A stretch of 41,802 nt of DNA from a virus, in the IMG/VR virus record IMGVR_UViG_3300045988_137960, one strand, 5' to 3'. This document shows positions 17,251 through 26,258 of the stretch, one piece after another (within the stretch, counting starts at the first letter, position 1; each line of letters starts with the position of its first letter). The notes under the pieces were generated by a model. It was given only the letters and a program-made list of their open reading frames with translations, was not told the origin of the DNA and ran no database searches. A program made the position numbers and the translations under genes.

Positions 17251-17531
17251 TTGCCATCGCCACCGTAGGACGTCGGCGAGTTGAGGATGTCCACGACCGT
17301 CTGCCTGTATGCGTCCTCGAAGCGGGACGCGTCGCTGTTGTCGTAACCGAACCTCGACTTCGCGAAGAGGACGACCGCCATCTTCGCGAGCGGGTCGGAA
17401 TCGACGAGGGCCTCGTCGACGCCAACGCGGTTAAGGTCGCGCTTGGCCGCCTCGATGAGGCCCTGAATCTCCGTATCGAAGGCATCGGAGGTGACGCGCA
17501 GGGCCACCTTGACCTCGTCTAGGAGAGCCAT
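17247..17531 (-). CDS. Head-tail connector (gp6-like DNA-packaging protein)
   Basis: 94 aa, MALLDEVKVALRVTSDAFDTEIQGLIEAAKRDL, the typical N-terminus of the family. It lies directly after the capsid gene. Confidence 0.7.
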   Translation of the reverse strand: MALLDEVKVALRVTSDAFDTEIQGLIEAAKRDLNRVGVDEALVDSDPLAKMAVVLFAKSRFGYDNSDASRFEDAYRQTVVDILNSPTSYGGDGK

Positions 17532-17551
17532 GCCGCGTCACCTCCCATGGG

Positions 17552-18850
17552 CTAAGACGTCTTCTTGGGGGCGGAGATGACGAGCAGACCGTTGGTGTCG
17601 CCGAGCTTGCCGTCGACGACGGTCTGCATCTTGAGCTTGGTGACGTTCTTGTCCTCGTCGTTCCAGCGGACGGAGCGCATGCCCATCTGCTGGTTGACGA
17701 TGTAGTTGGACAGGTTGCCGAACAGGATGCAGGGGGTGTCGGCTGCGCCGCCCTTGGCATCCTCGTAGTTGGGCAGGATGTCCTCGGGGACGATGTTCAC
17801 GTTCTTGCCCATCAGGCGGTAGGACTCGCTGTGAGCGCCGTCGAGGCCGTAGTTGACGCGGGCGACCGGCTGGCCGTTGGCGTCGACCATGCCGTCGACG
17901 TAGGTGTCCCACGTGGCCTGGGTCATGGTCCACTCGCCGCGGCTGCGGTACGGGGCCTTGACCTTCTTGAGGATGTTGGCCCAGCCTGCCCACGTGCCGA
18001 TGGCCTTCTCGTCGAAGGTCACCTTGTTGTCGGCGGTGAGTCGGGGGTCCTTGAGGATGCCGAGCGGCATACCGGAACCGCTGCCGTTCACGCCGGCTGC
18101 CTCGAGGGCGCGGACCATGGCCTCTGCGCACTTCTCGGGGAACTGGCGCTTGAACATGTCCATGGTGGTCACCTGGGACAGGAAGCTCTGAGCGACCTTG
18201 ACCTCGAGCATGTAGTAGAGGAAGGAGATGCGGCTGGGGTCGGTTGCCTTCTGGGTGTCGGAGGGCTTGGCCTCGGTGACCCAGCTGGCGGTGGGCAGGT
18301 AGTCCCAGATGCTGATCTCAAGGCCGCCCTGGACGTTCATCTTGGTGAACTTGGGCCAGATGGTGCCGTACTCGGACATCTTCTGGATGATGGTGTTCGA
18401 GAGGGTGGTCGGGATGAAGTGCGGGACGTCGGAGGTCTGCGTGAAGGCGTCGGCGCGGACGTTCTCGGGGACCATGCCGCGGGTCACGAGGCCGTCGGGG
18501 TACTCGATGCCGCGGACGGTGTAGTCGTAGAAGGCGCGGTTGTAGTCCTCGGTGTCGAACGGGTCCTCGTTGCGGGTGACGTAGACGTCGGGGTTGGCGG
18601 TCTGAGCGCCGCCGGTGACGAGTGCGCCGGCACCGTTGGCGACGGCAGCGACACGGGAGGAGCGGAGTGCGTTGGCCTGGTTGCGGCGCTCGACCTCCTC
18701 CTGGATGAGGCGGACCTCCTCGTTGAGGACGTCCATGCCGACGGTGCTGTCGGCGTTGTCGAGTTCGGCGACTACCTCGGCACGGCGGTGCTCGAGGGAG
18801 GCTTCATCGAGGGCGCGGTACTGGGCCGCGTCCATGGGGATGAACTCCAT
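17552..18850 (-). CDS. Major capsid protein, HK97 fold
   Basis: 432 aa with an N-terminal coiled delta-like region followed by a capsid body. It follows the prohead protease. Confidence 0.9.
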   Translation of the reverse strand: MEFIPMDAAQYRALDEASLEHRRAEVVAELDNADSTVGMDVLNEEVRLIQEEVERRNQANALRSSRVAAVANGAGALVTGGAQTANPDVYVTRNEDPFDTEDYNRAFYDYTVRGIEYPDGLVTRGMVPENVRADAFTQTSDVPHFIPTTLSNTIIQKMSEYGTIWPKFTKMNVQGGLEISIWDYLPTASWVTEAKPSDTQKATDPSRISFLYYMLEVKVAQSFLSQVTTMDMFKRQFPEKCAEAMVRALEAAGVNGSGSGMPLGILKDPRLTADNKVTFDEKAIGTWAGWANILKKVKAPYRSRGEWTMTQATWDTYVDGMVDANGQPVARVNYGLDGAHSESYRLMGKNVNIVPEDILPNYEDAKGGAADTPCILFGNLSNYIVNQQMGMRSVRWNDEDKNVTKLKMQTVVDGKLGDTNGLLVISAPKKTS

Positions 18851-18866
18851 TTTCTTGTTCCTTTCG

Positions 18867-19472
18867 TTAGAGCAAACGTAGCTTGAGCGCGGCCGCCTGA
18901 CGCTGCCTGCGCTCGTTCTCGCGGCGCACCAACTCCTGGTGCTCCTGCTCGATCACTCCGTCGAGGTAGGAACGCGCGTGAATGTCTGTGTCTTGGTCGG
19001 CCGGGATGGATACGGCGGATACGTCGAACACCTTCTCGACCTTGGTGATGTAGCTGGTGCGGGTTTTCTCGTCCCACTCCCAGCCGTCGGGGGCAACGTT
19101 GAAGCCCCAGCTCATCTTGTCGATGAGCCCGTTGCTGATGGCCTCGTACAGGTCGCGTCCGGCCTGCGATCCGCTTAGGTCGGCACGGACGAACAGGCCG
19201 TGCTCGTCGACGGTAAGCTCAAGCGTGCCGTTCTTGAGTCGCGCCAGCGTCTGGCCGCAGTGGTTGAGCTGGAAGATGACATCCGACATGTCGGCACCGG
19301 CCATTGCCGTGGAGCGGATGCACTCCTTCGCGCGCCTGAAGTCGTACGGGACGTCGAAGGTGGTCGCGTAGCCCTCGACCGTGTACGCGCTCCTGCGGTC
19401 CTCTGTTTCCGCGACCGCATGGAAGTTGCCAGCGAAGCTGCGGTACTCGCGCTGGTCGGGTTTGTAGGGCAT
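18867..19472 (-). CDS. Prohead protease (HK97 family)
   Basis: 201 aa, ...VEGYATTFDVPYD...FQLNHCGQTLAR...MSWGF...VSAVSIPA. It lies between the portal and capsid genes. Confidence 0.85.
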   Translation of the reverse strand: MPYKPDQREYRSFAGNFHAVAETEDRRSAYTVEGYATTFDVPYDFRRAKECIRSTAMAGADMSDVIFQLNHCGQTLARLKNGTLELTVDEHGLFVRADLSGSQAGRDLYEAISNGLIDKMSWGFNVAPDGWEWDEKTRTSYITKVEKVFDVSAVSIPADQDTDIHARSYLDGVIEQEHQELVRRENERRQRQAAALKLRLL

Positions 19473-20764
19473 CAGTCGTCCTCCTCATTCTTTCCCTTGG
19501 TGTCGACGTCGTTGTAGATGGCGTCGTCGCCCTCGAGGTCAAGCTCGCCCTCGCCGTAGCTGTTGCCCTTCGGGCGTGCCACGAGCGGGGTCTTTCCGCC
19601 CGTCTGCACCTGGACGTTTCCGTCGGCGTCGAACACGACGTACTCGCCGCGCTCGATGAAGACGTCGCCTCCCGGCACGGGCGGCAGCTGTAGGACCTCG
19701 CGCGACTCGTTGATGGTCATGACGCGGCGGTCGAGCATGTCTCGAATCATGTTTCGCTTGGATGCGTTGGTTGCGTACTCCAGCCTGTTCGCGCTGAAGC
19801 AGATGCCGTTGCCGTGGCGGCGCTCGATGGGCGTGAACAGCATCTGGCTGAGGCCCTCTCCGAGCTGGACCGCGAACGGCTCAATCTGGCTCTCGTAGAA
19901 CGCGCCGAACGTCTCCTCGGAGTACTTGGACTGGATGATGTCCTCGTTGATTCCGAAATAGTTGTAGACGTTCGTCTCGATGCGCTCCATCTCTCCGGAG
20001 TCGATGGTGTAGTTCTGAGGCTCCACCTGCTTGATGTTCTCGAAGGTGTTGTCGTAGAGCATCAGGCCCGAGGTGTTCTTGGAGCTTAGGTTCGTCTCCG
20101 AGAACTCTTTTCGCTTCCTGTCGAGGTCCTCCGGCCTGACGGAGCCGTTGATAGCGCCGATGAACTGAATCTTGGCGGAGTTCTTGATTGCGACCTCCTG
20201 CGCCTGCTCCTGGTAATCCATGAGCGCGAGCGTCGAGTTCAGCGCGTCGTTGGCGCTGCCGAAGAAGTCGCTCTCATACTGGAAGCGCGTCAACAGGCAC
20301 ACGTACCTGAGTTCGATTGCCATCGTGTCGCCGGAGTCGAGGTAGAACCTAATCCAAGGCTCGCCGGCGTACTCGACGACCTCGGCGTGTGCGAACTTCA
20401 GCGGGAACAGGCCCGTGATGTTGCCGCCGGTGTCGAGCGACGGGACGACCGCCGCCGTGTTGTCGTTGAGCATGATGGTCATGAGGCGGGCCAACATCTT
20501 AGGCCAGCTCATGTACTGGTTGGGGGCGGTCAGGATCATGCGCTTGATGCGCGGTTTGGAGTCACCAAGCACCTCGGGCTTGAGTTTCGACGCGAACATG
20601 GCGCTCTTCTCGATTGCTGAGCGCGTGAGGGCCTTCTCGTAGAGCTGTCCGCCCCACGTGGAGAAAGCCGGTGCGTATTCGGTTAGCGTCTTGAACTCTG
20701 GCGCGAGCACAACCTTGGAGGCCTGCTGTGCGTGCTTGGGACGGAAAATATCTAGAAGTCCCAT
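19472..20764 (-). CDS. Portal protein
   Basis: About 430 aa. The ATG at 20762-20764 (MGLLDIF) is preferred over the TTG of the ORF track. ATGA overlaps the protease start. Confidence 0.9.
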   Translation of the reverse strand: MGLLDIFRPKHAQQASKVVLAPEFKTLTEYAPAFSTWGGQLYEKALTRSAIEKSAMFASKLKPEVLGDSKPRIKRMILTAPNQYMSWPKMLARLMTIMLNDNTAAVVPSLDTGGNITGLFPLKFAHAEVVEYAGEPWIRFYLDSGDTMAIELRYVCLLTRFQYESDFFGSANDALNSTLALMDYQEQAQEVAIKNSAKIQFIGAINGSVRPEDLDRKRKEFSETNLSSKNTSGLMLYDNTFENIKQVEPQNYTIDSGEMERIETNVYNYFGINEDIIQSKYSEETFGAFYESQIEPFAVQLGEGLSQMLFTPIERRHGNGICFSANRLEYATNASKRNMIRDMLDRRVMTINESREVLQLPPVPGGDVFIERGEYVVFDADGNVQVQTGGKTPLVARPKGNSYGEGELDLEGDDAIYNDVDTKGKNEEDD

Positions 20765-20804
20765 GACCCAAATGTAAGGCAACGACGCCGGCAGTCAAGA
20801 CGAA

Positions 20805-20840
20805 GGTTCCTTCGCCGAAGAAACCTGCGGCGAAGGAACC
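20805..20840 (-). promoter_or_regulatory. Strong hairpin between terL and portal
   Basis: ggttccttcgccg/cggcgaaggaacc forms a perfect 13-bp stem with a 10-nt loop. Confidence 0.6.
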
Positions 20841-20845
20841 TGCTG

Positions 20846-22579
20846 CTACATGGACGCCTCGTAGTCCTCCCAGTGCCGCTTGAGGCACACGTAGGCGCAA
20901 ATCTCGGCGGCCCACCCGTCGATGCGGCCGGACGAGCCGTTGGCCTTGACGGGCTTGATGTTGTCGTTGGTGTCCGTGATTATGCCGACGTTCATGCGGC
21001 ACCACTGGTTGACGGGGTTGTTGTTGTCGACGATGCCCTTGCGGTCATAGACGGTCCTTATCTCCTTCATGGGGATGGACAGGGTCTGCGGGCCGAATCG
21101 GACCTCCTCGCTGCGCTTCTTGCCGACGAACTGGCGGGCCATGTCCTTCCACGAGTCGTCCTGGAGGTGCCACGGGTCGTATCCCATGGCGAACGGGTAG
21201 ACGTTGAACTCGTCCCTGAGCTGCTGCATCCACTCGAACACGACTCGGTGGTCGATGGTGTTTCCGGGCACCACGCGCACCAGCCCGGCGTCAATCCACC
21301 TGTCGTACGGCACGTTGTCGCGGTTCTTGCGCAGGCCGCTCTTGCGGTGGTGCTCGAGCTGCGACTCCGGTATCCAGTACATAGACATCTCGTAGATTTT
21401 GGGGTCGTCCGGCCTCATCATGAGCGCCTGGGCGCTGGTGAGGTCGATGGTGTCAGACGCGTCGTAGCCGACGATGCAGTAGCGGAAGCCCATGTCCTTC
21501 CAGTCGAACTCCTCGCGGTTAACGGCCTGCTCGAACGTGAGCCATGCCGACGCGCGGTTCTCCGGCATGTTGAAGTCCTTGGTCAGGACCGTCGGAAGGT
21601 AGCTCGGGTCGTTCTTGGCCTTCTGCACCTGGGCGCGTAGGTACTCGACCTTCTTGACTGTGCCGAGGCCAGGGTTGGCCTTGACCCAGCACGACTCGTT
21701 GGTCCACTCCGCGCGGCTGTCCAGCTCGTAGACGAACGGTAGGAAGTGGTCGTCCTCGAACTGCCCGTCGAGCCAGCGCGACGCGTAGTCGTACTGGTCG
21801 TCGAACAGGTTGTCTCGGTTGAAGCCGTTGGTCGTCAGCTCGAGAATCATCGGCTGGTCGCGTGCGGCGGTGGCCTGCTTGACGAGGTCGAACAGGTCGC
21901 GGTTCACGATGGCGTGAAGCTCGTCGACCACGGCGCAGTGTACGTTCAGGCCGTCGAGCGAGCGCGTCTGCGACGACAGCGGCGTGTAGTATCCGCGGTT
22001 CGAGTCGAAGATGAGGCCGTCCTGGTGTCGCGACGGGATGATGCCCTTGTGCAGGCGCTTGTTGAGCGCCGGCGACTGCGAAACCATCGACAGCATCGCG
22101 CCGTACATGAGGGACGCCTGGTCCTTGTTCGTGGCGACGGAGTAGAGCTGCGGGGCGAACTCCCCGTCCTTCGTCATGAGGTACAGCAAGATTGCCGCGC
22201 CAAGCTCGGTCTTACCGTTCTTACGCGCGATGATGAGCAGGACCTCGTTGAACTGCCTCATGCCGAGTTCGTCGACGAAGCCGAACGCCGTCTCGATGAA
22301 GGCAAGCTCGTAGTCCTCGAGGACGAGGTGCTTTCCGACCTTGCCCTGCGAGATGAAGATGAACCTCTCGATGAACTTGACGGGCCTCAGCGCCTTCTCG
22401 GCATCGTAGTGCCAGCACTTGTACCCGTCGTCGAAGCGGTCGATCAACTTCTTGGCGAGCTTGATGACCTTCTGGCTCGTCGTTATCTTGCCGTCGATGA
22501 CGTCCTGGAAATACCTCTTTGCCTCGAGGCCGTCGCGCTCGGGAGGCACGTACCCGCCGGAGGGCTTCCTAGAGTTCAT
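20846..22579 (-). CDS. terL: Terminase large subunit
   Basis: 577 aa with an ATPase N-terminal half (IIARKNGKTELGA, CAVVDELH) and a nuclease C-terminal half. Confidence 0.9.
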   Translation of the reverse strand: MNSRKPSGGYVPPERDGLEAKRYFQDVIDGKITTSQKVIKLAKKLIDRFDDGYKCWHYDAEKALRPVKFIERFIFISQGKVGKHLVLEDYELAFIETAFGFVDELGMRQFNEVLLIIARKNGKTELGAAILLYLMTKDGEFAPQLYSVATNKDQASLMYGAMLSMVSQSPALNKRLHKGIIPSRHQDGLIFDSNRGYYTPLSSQTRSLDGLNVHCAVVDELHAIVNRDLFDLVKQATAARDQPMILELTTNGFNRDNLFDDQYDYASRWLDGQFEDDHFLPFVYELDSRAEWTNESCWVKANPGLGTVKKVEYLRAQVQKAKNDPSYLPTVLTKDFNMPENRASAWLTFEQAVNREEFDWKDMGFRYCIVGYDASDTIDLTSAQALMMRPDDPKIYEMSMYWIPESQLEHHRKSGLRKNRDNVPYDRWIDAGLVRVVPGNTIDHRVVFEWMQQLRDEFNVYPFAMGYDPWHLQDDSWKDMARQFVGKKRSEEVRFGPQTLSIPMKEIRTVYDRKGIVDNNNPVNQWCRMNVGIITDTNDNIKPVKANGSSGRIDGWAAEICAYVCLKRHWEDYEASM

Positions 22580-22925
22580 CGAAGCCGTCGTCCTCGGGGA
22601 CCTCGCGCTCGTTGTCCTTGCAGAACTTCTTGATTGCCGACGCGACCGCGATGGTCTTGGTCACGAGGCGCTGGTACGCGATGAAGTACTTTGACTCCTC
22701 CTTGACCTCGTGGCGGTTGCCGGAGCCTCCGCGCTCTGTAACCTCGACGATGCCGTAGGTGTCGACCATCGCCTTAAGCTCGTCCATCTGGTCGAGCATC
22801 CACACGTACTCCTCGAGCATGTCCTTCGCAAGCGCGAGGTTGAGGCCGTCGAGGTTGCTGATGAGCGCCGCAAGCTCCTCGACGCGCCCGTCCTTCTTCT
22901 TAGTCAAGCGGAACCGCCCTTCCAT
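22569..22925 (-). CDS. terS: Terminase small subunit (P27 family-like)
   Basis: 118 aa. It overlaps terL and is preceded by the HNH gene. Confidence 0.7.
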   Translation of the reverse strand: MEGRFRLTKKKDGRVEELAALISNLDGLNLALAKDMLEEYVWMLDQMDELKAMVDTYGIVEVTERGGSGNRHEVKEESKYFIAYQRLVTKTIAVASAIKKFCKDNEREVPEDDGFDEL

Positions 22926-23247
22926 CTGGTCCGAAGGCCATGCGAGGCCTGTAGTCGTCTGGGTAGTGAATCTCTGCGTGGCAGTCGCGGCACACGCGCA
23001 TGAGGTTCGACTGGTCCAGCGAGATGCGCGAGTCCGTGATGTTCTCGGGCGTCAGGTAGACCTTGTGGTGGACTATCTCGGCCGGGACGAGCCTGCCGGT
23101 AGTCTCGAAGCACCTCTGGCACATCCCGGACGGGCACACGGCACCGGACGGGTACGTGATGGTGCGCTCCATGGCGAGTTTCCTCGCCCTCTCCCAGCCT
23201 TTCGACTTGTAGAAGCGCCTAGCGAACTCCCTAGCCAGGGGAATCAC
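22900..23247 (-). CDS. HNH endonuclease (packaging-associated)
   Basis: CQRCF...EIVHHKV...NLMRVCRDCHAEIH. GTG start. Confidence 0.85.
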   Translation of the reverse strand: MIPLAREFARRFYKSKGWERARKLAMERTITYPSGAVCPSGMCQRCFETTGRLVPAEIVHHKVYLTPENITDSRISLDQSNLMRVCRDCHAEIHYPDDYRPRMAFGPDGRAVPLD

Positions 23248-23760
23248 CTACTTTCATTCGTCTTATTCATTTAGCCGTACTCTACGTCCGTAATATACGG
23301 CAGATTGTCCAAAAATTGAGTTTTTCAAATTCGGTTTTCGCATTAAATTGACTCCCCGCGCCGGACCCCCTCCGGGCACCAATGCCTATATACCCGGGGG
23401 GATGGTGGGTTACAGAAACTATCGGTATTTATGCAATTATTCAATTCCTGGGCCGTTCTATGCACTGCTACAGACGGCCCGCCTACCTGCTGCTATGCTG
23501 CTCTACCTGCGGAAACGTTGCCGGCCTGCCGCCTGCCGGCCTATGATCCAGGGCCACGGCGTTATGCACGACGGCGGCCAGTATGCCGGCCGTCCTAAAA
23601 AAGTTGGGGAAAGTGCTGGACAGATCAGCGGCAACGGTTGTAAGGTCTTGCCAACGGCTGGAGCAACGGGCAGAACATCCGGCGGCCAGTCAAAGAAAAG
23701 GCCGGCACCGCCGCAACGGATACCGGCCAACGTCCCAACGTAGTAAAGGAGATTGAGACA

Positions 23761-25428
23761 ATGAACGAGTATAGCACCATCAACAAGACAGCCGAGGCGG
23801 CCGGGCCGCTGGCTGACCTCGAGGCCGTGGAGCGCGTGAGGAATGGCATAGTTAAGGCCGCTACGCAACACTGGCGCTGCCATATCATGGAGCGCTCAAA
23901 CCTCGACCAGGCGCTGCGCTATGCCGAGCTTAACGACCAGCTGCGCAATATGAGCGGCTATATTGTTGCTTGCCCGGTGTGCGGCCGCCCGGTTAGGTAC
24001 GACCACCTTGCAGAGGACGCCTACGGCGACGACATGTGCCCGGACTGCTTAATAGCCGCCGGTTACGTCAAATGCGACCACTGCGGAGAGTGGATCGACG
24101 AGGACGAGACGACCGAGGTTGACGGCGAAACGTGGTGCTCAGCGTGCGTAGATAGCGACGCCGAGCCGTGCGATCACTGCGGCGAATACCACAACAACTC
24201 GGATAACCTGGAGACTGTGCACGTCTGGATCAGCTATCGTTGTGACACGATTGACGAGGCATGGTGTGAGAGCTGTCGAGATGATAGCGCGTATACCTGC
24301 GACAGCTGCGGGGAGTTTTACGCCGGTTTCGGAGACTGCTACGGCGAAACCCTAGTACACGGCCGCGACGGCGAGGAAAACTACAGGCACCTGTGCCCGT
24401 CGTGCGAGGATCAGCTGCCCCACTGCTACGGCTGCGGGAGCGCACTTGAAACCGACTGCTACCGGGACGCCTACGGCGACGCTTACTGCTGCGACTGCAA
24501 GCCGGAAAGCAAATACCTACAGGGCTACGACCACACCTACGCAAGCAACTACTACCGCGCAAAGGACGACCCGACGCCCGCCGGCCTGTATCTGGGCGTC
24601 GAGCTTGAAACCGAGGCATACCGAACCGAGAACCCGGAAGCGCTGGCCAGGGACGTTATCATGGCCGTTGGAGACGAGCGCGTCGTGTGCAAGGAGGACG
24701 GAAGCCTAACGGACGGCTGCGAGATCGTAACGCAGCCCATGAGCGCGGCCTACCATCTGGCACCGCTCGACGACCTTGGCGGCCGCCGGCTCTGGGACGT
24801 GATCCTAGACACGTGCGCCGAGCATAACGCCCGCTCGCATAACGGCGTTTTACGTGACTACCAGGCGGCCGTAAAGCCCGGCGTTAGCGATACAGTTGCA
24901 TACGTTCGCGACGTTGCCCTATACCTCGCCAATGATGCCGAGGTACGCCGGTGCGGCGGCCTGGCAGTGTCGCGCCTGGCGGCCGACATGCTGCGCGACT
25001 CGTCGCAGGGCTCACGCCTGGCGATCATGGACGGCCACGGCAACGTACGCCTAACCGGTGCCGGCTGGGAGGACGTGCAACCGGGTATCCATGCGAGTAA
25101 CGACAGCTGGCGGCCGTTCGAACCGGTATACCGCTGCGGATCGTATGCGTACGGCTGGGATAGCCCGGACCGCTGGCCGGACTGGGAAGACCTCGACGGC
25201 CTGGAGCAGCCTATGCTGTGGGACGATTGGCCCACGGCGGCGGCCGTCCGGTATGCCGACGAGACGTACACAGTTAGCGACGTTTTCGAGGAGTACTACA
25301 CCTGGAACAACTACCGCGAGTTCTGCGAGGAGTATACCGAGTGCCGGTACCACTGCGCACGCTGCGGATCATTGCCGTACTGCGCGACGGACGACGACCT
25401 TAAACGCCTGGGCGGCCGTCGTGGCTAG
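23761..25428 (+). CDS. Multi-zinc-ribbon protein with an amidoligase-like (Amidoligase_2 / GS-like COOH-NH2 ligase) core signature
   Basis: 555 aa with an AAAGGAG RBS. It has five tandem CxxC(G)...CxxC units (CPVCG..CPDC, CDHCG..CSAC, CDHCG..CESC, CDSCG..CPSC, CYGCG..CCDC). These are followed by GLYLGVELETE and KEDGSLTDGCEIVTQP. It is the only long plus-strand gene that is not antisense to a better ORF. The coding call is firm; the function is tentative. Confidence 0.7.
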   Translation: MNEYSTINKTAEAAGPLADLEAVERVRNGIVKAATQHWRCHIMERSNLDQALRYAELNDQLRNMSGYIVACPVCGRPVRYDHLAEDAYGDDMCPDCLIAAGYVKCDHCGEWIDEDETTEVDGETWCSACVDSDAEPCDHCGEYHNNSDNLETVHVWISYRCDTIDEAWCESCRDDSAYTCDSCGEFYAGFGDCYGETLVHGRDGEENYRHLCPSCEDQLPHCYGCGSALETDCYRDAYGDAYCCDCKPESKYLQGYDHTYASNYYRAKDDPTPAGLYLGVELETEAYRTENPEALARDVIMAVGDERVVCKEDGSLTDGCEIVTQPMSAAYHLAPLDDLGGRRLWDVILDTCAEHNARSHNGVLRDYQAAVKPGVSDTVAYVRDVALYLANDAEVRRCGGLAVSRLAADMLRDSSQGSRLAIMDGHGNVRLTGAGWEDVQPGIHASNDSWRPFEPVYRCGSYAYGWDSPDRWPDWEDLDGLEQPMLWDDWPTAAAVRYADETYTVSDVFEEYYTWNNYREFCEEYTECRYHCARCGSLPYCATDDDLKRLGGRRG

Positions 25429-25579
25429 CCTGGCCGTAGCCGTGCGCCGGTGGCTGGATCAGCCGGCGCACGTGAGCCGGCGGGCCGTGGCCGCGCTGGC
25501 CGTGGCTGTCGTCGTCCTGGCCGTGGCCGTCGTCGTGCAGACGATCAGGCTAGACAATATAATCTGCTATTACTACTAA
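25421..25579 (+). CDS. Possible 52-aa transmembrane peptide (GTG start overlapping the upstream stop)
   Basis: VASLAVAVRRWLDQPAHVSRRAVAALAVAVVVLAVAVVVQTIRLDNIICYYY. The RBS is weak. A 9-bp GC hairpin at 25582-25604 follows. Confidence 0.3.
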   Translation: MASLAVAVRRWLDQPAHVSRRAVAALAVAVVVLAVAVVVQTIRLDNIICYYY

Positions 25580-25625
25580 CCGGCGGCCGCCTGGAGCGGC
25601 CGCCATCGTTTGGAGCTGATGCCAA

Positions 25626-25757
25626 ATGACCGTCGAGTTCTGGGACGCGCTAATACGGCTGCTGTTTCATCCCTGGATATTCCCGTTTACTCTAATCCTG
25701 ATTCTATCGTTTATCGCAATAATCATTGCAATACTCAATATCCTGCTGGGCGGCTAG
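25626..25757 (+). CDS. 43-aa very hydrophobic peptide
   Basis: MTVEFWDALIRLLFHPWIFPFTLILILSFIAIIIAILNILLGG. The local DNA is visibly AT-richer. GGAG lies 10 nt upstream, and the ORF ends 28 nt before a terminator. Confidence 0.5.
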   Translation: MTVEFWDALIRLLFHPWIFPFTLILILSFIAIIIAILNILLGG

Positions 25758-25784
25758 CTCTACCCCATATCAATAAAACGGCGA

Positions 25785-25820
25785 AACGCCCGACACCTCA
25801 ACCGGTGCCGGGCGTTTTTT
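25785..25820 (+). terminator. Factor-independent terminator closing the plus-strand island
   Basis: 13-nt arms at 25785-25797 and 25804-25816 with one mismatch, a 6-nt loop, then tttttt. Confidence 0.7.
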
Positions 25821-26198
25821 ATTGCCGCTCCAGTGCTACCGGATCAGCCCGCGCGGCCGTCGTCCTGGGCGCTCCAGGCGGCCGCGCGTCGTCCTGGAGA
25901 TCGTAGGACAATCCAGGCGGCCACCCGGCCACGCCTCGCACACAAACGCAGGCGCTCGACGGCTTCCGGCCGCTGGGACGATATAGGCCCACGGCCACGG
26001 CCGTATATAGCCGTCTGGGCCGCTCTAATGCCTATTTTAGGGCTGTTTTTGGGCCGGCGCGACCGAGTACAGCCACGGCACGACAGCGGGCCGTGTAGGC
26101 CTATCTGGTGGCCCCTGGTGGCGTTTTCGCAGGTCAAAAGCCATGCCGGCGGTTTTATGCACGCCGAAAAAGTGGATATAATACGCGCAAGGCCACCC

Positions 26199-26237
26199 AA
26201 AAAGCGCGTGCGGCCTGCGGAAACGCGCAGTGCACGC
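26199..26237 (-). terminator. Candidate terminator of the early/replication operon
   Basis: Nested GC stems (26204-26209 with 26223-26228; 26206-26211 with 26232-26237). They are followed on the minus strand by a U-run (plus-strand aaaaa 26199-26203). Confidence 0.4.
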
Positions 26238-26258
26238 CGCGCCGCGCAGCGGAAAGCG

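Noticed and set aside
23348-23743. A 131-codon plus-strand ORF upstream of the island gene.
   Set aside because: There is no RBS, the composition is Pro/Gly/Arg/Ala-rich, and it spans the AT-rich to GC-rich transition. It is more likely non-coding regulatory DNA.
25610-25906. A 98-codon ORF overlapping the 43-aa hydrophobic peptide frame.
   Set aside because: It reads straight through the factor-independent terminator at 25785-25820, and its second half is GC-artefact-like. The 43-aa frame ends cleanly before the terminator.
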